A stretch of 50,401 nucleotides of DNA. Origin: Nemertoderma westbladi. Its lineage: Eukaryota > Animalia > Xenacoelomorpha. The DNA is taken from contig JAUCBJ010003076.1 in NCBI GenBank assembly GCA_032718475.1, positions 1 to 50,401 on the forward strand, in the 5' to 3' direction. Below, piece after piece: positions 49,246-50,401 of the stretch. A program made the position numbers and the translations under genes. How positions within the stretch are numbered: position 1 is the stretch's first letter; each line of letters begins with the position of its first letter. Under the pieces are notes generated by a model. That model was given only the letters and a program-made list of their open reading frames with translations. It was not told the origin of the DNA and did no database searches.

Positions 49246-50401
49246 ACAGATAAATAATTTACCAACAACATTAATAATAAATAATATAAGAACATCAACA
49301 ATAACAATAGATATAGTCAGAACAGTTTTTATTAATTAAGACTGTTTATATTGATAGGGTTGCTGGCCTCCAAGAATAACGTTTGGTTTAACCCTTTTAG
49401 GGTCCGATACTATTAACGGTTGTGATAATTTTCTCTTTAATAGCTTGTTGAGATAACCTTTTCTTGGGGGGTGAAATAGGTTAAGATGTGTTTGCTTGGG
49501 AATAGAAGAGAGGACTGCATGTATAATACGAGATGCCTAGATACAGCAAAGGGACCAAGCGACGCCAGCTATAGTATCATCGGAGGAGGGCTGTTGGAAC
49601 ATTAATGAAATACCCTTGGGCTATATACGGATTTGATGTAGTCAAGGCTGCGCTGGGATTATTAGTGAGTCATCAAAGGGGTTGCTAACAGAGGGGACCG
49701 CTGATTTATTTGCTTTGGGGTATACGTGTAGATTCAATGCAATAGAGATCGCGTTGGATTGATAGTGAGGCATTGAAGTGTCCACTGCGTATTGGTAATG
49801 GTTGTCTCACTGAAATGTGGCACGTGGGAGCGATGACAAAGGAGGGGGGCCGCCGATGAGTGTAGTTGATGGTGGGCTCACTGTAAATGCAGCATGTGGG
49901 ATGCAATAGAGTAATTAGTTGCCAGTAATGGGGCTGTATACCATAGAGCTAAAAATAGACATTGTCATAGAGATGTCATTAGCAGCGGTAAATACTATAA
50001 AAACTAATTAATTCTAAAAATAGAAATCATTGTATAGAGTAAAAGTAATACGGTTAATTAATTAATGCCAGACCCCCTATGGGTGTCTAGCATGGCCTGT
50101 GGATATATGGGGTGAAGGATGAACCGGTCGGCAGTCGGGATGCCTATTCATTCTGGCTTAGAGATAAAGGACTCTGTATCCGACTCCATTCTGTCCAGCT
50201 ATCTGCCTGTCTGCACTTCCCGCAGTACAGCAGTGCCGGTACTCGTCGGGCTGTCAGCTCCCCGGCAACCCGGCCTATCTACCTGGCCGTGTAGTACCAG
50301 TATCCAGCCGGTATCTACCAACCGGTATCGATACGTACCCATTACCCGCCTACCCAGCCTACCTACCTGGCCGGGCGTCCGCCAATACATTGCCCTACCT
50401 G

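Noticed and set aside
49400-50401. Possible further element at the window end
   Set aside because: Short ORFs and GC-rich repeats without identifiable motifs; truncated by the window edge.

Overview
AT-rich eukaryotic (probably invertebrate animal) genomic DNA made up mostly of decayed transposons. It holds four BEL/Pao LTR retrotransposon copies. Three belong to one family: a 5'-truncated copy at 473-10184 (+), an internally deleted copy with both LTRs and a TTTCT target-site duplication at 16219-22559 (+), and a fragment at 46818-49245 (-). The fourth is a distinct element at about 36820-43150 (-) lying between ~2.1 kb direct repeats. There are also a GalEa-like Copia element (25008-29821, -), Gypsy remnants, RTE-like and CR1/L2-like LINE remnants, several MITEs and a Penelope-like inverted fragment. 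A spliced host gene for a secreted PAN/Apple-domain protein, possibly with a TSP1-like exon, is threaded through these repeats. The most notable system is the first BEL family. Between pol and the 3' LTR it carries a ~4.2 kb extension with an extra ORF (DEDDy/WRN-type 3'-5' exonuclease, charged linker, zinc knuckles) and several non-coding RNA modules shared with the deleted copy: a hairpin with an internal PPT-like tract, arrays of hairpins, and a 3' pseudoknot-like block plus a perfect hairpin abutting the PPT. The copy that keeps its 5' LTR has a triplicated non-tRNA-like sequence in place of the PBS. All calls are by eye from motifs; no searches were run.
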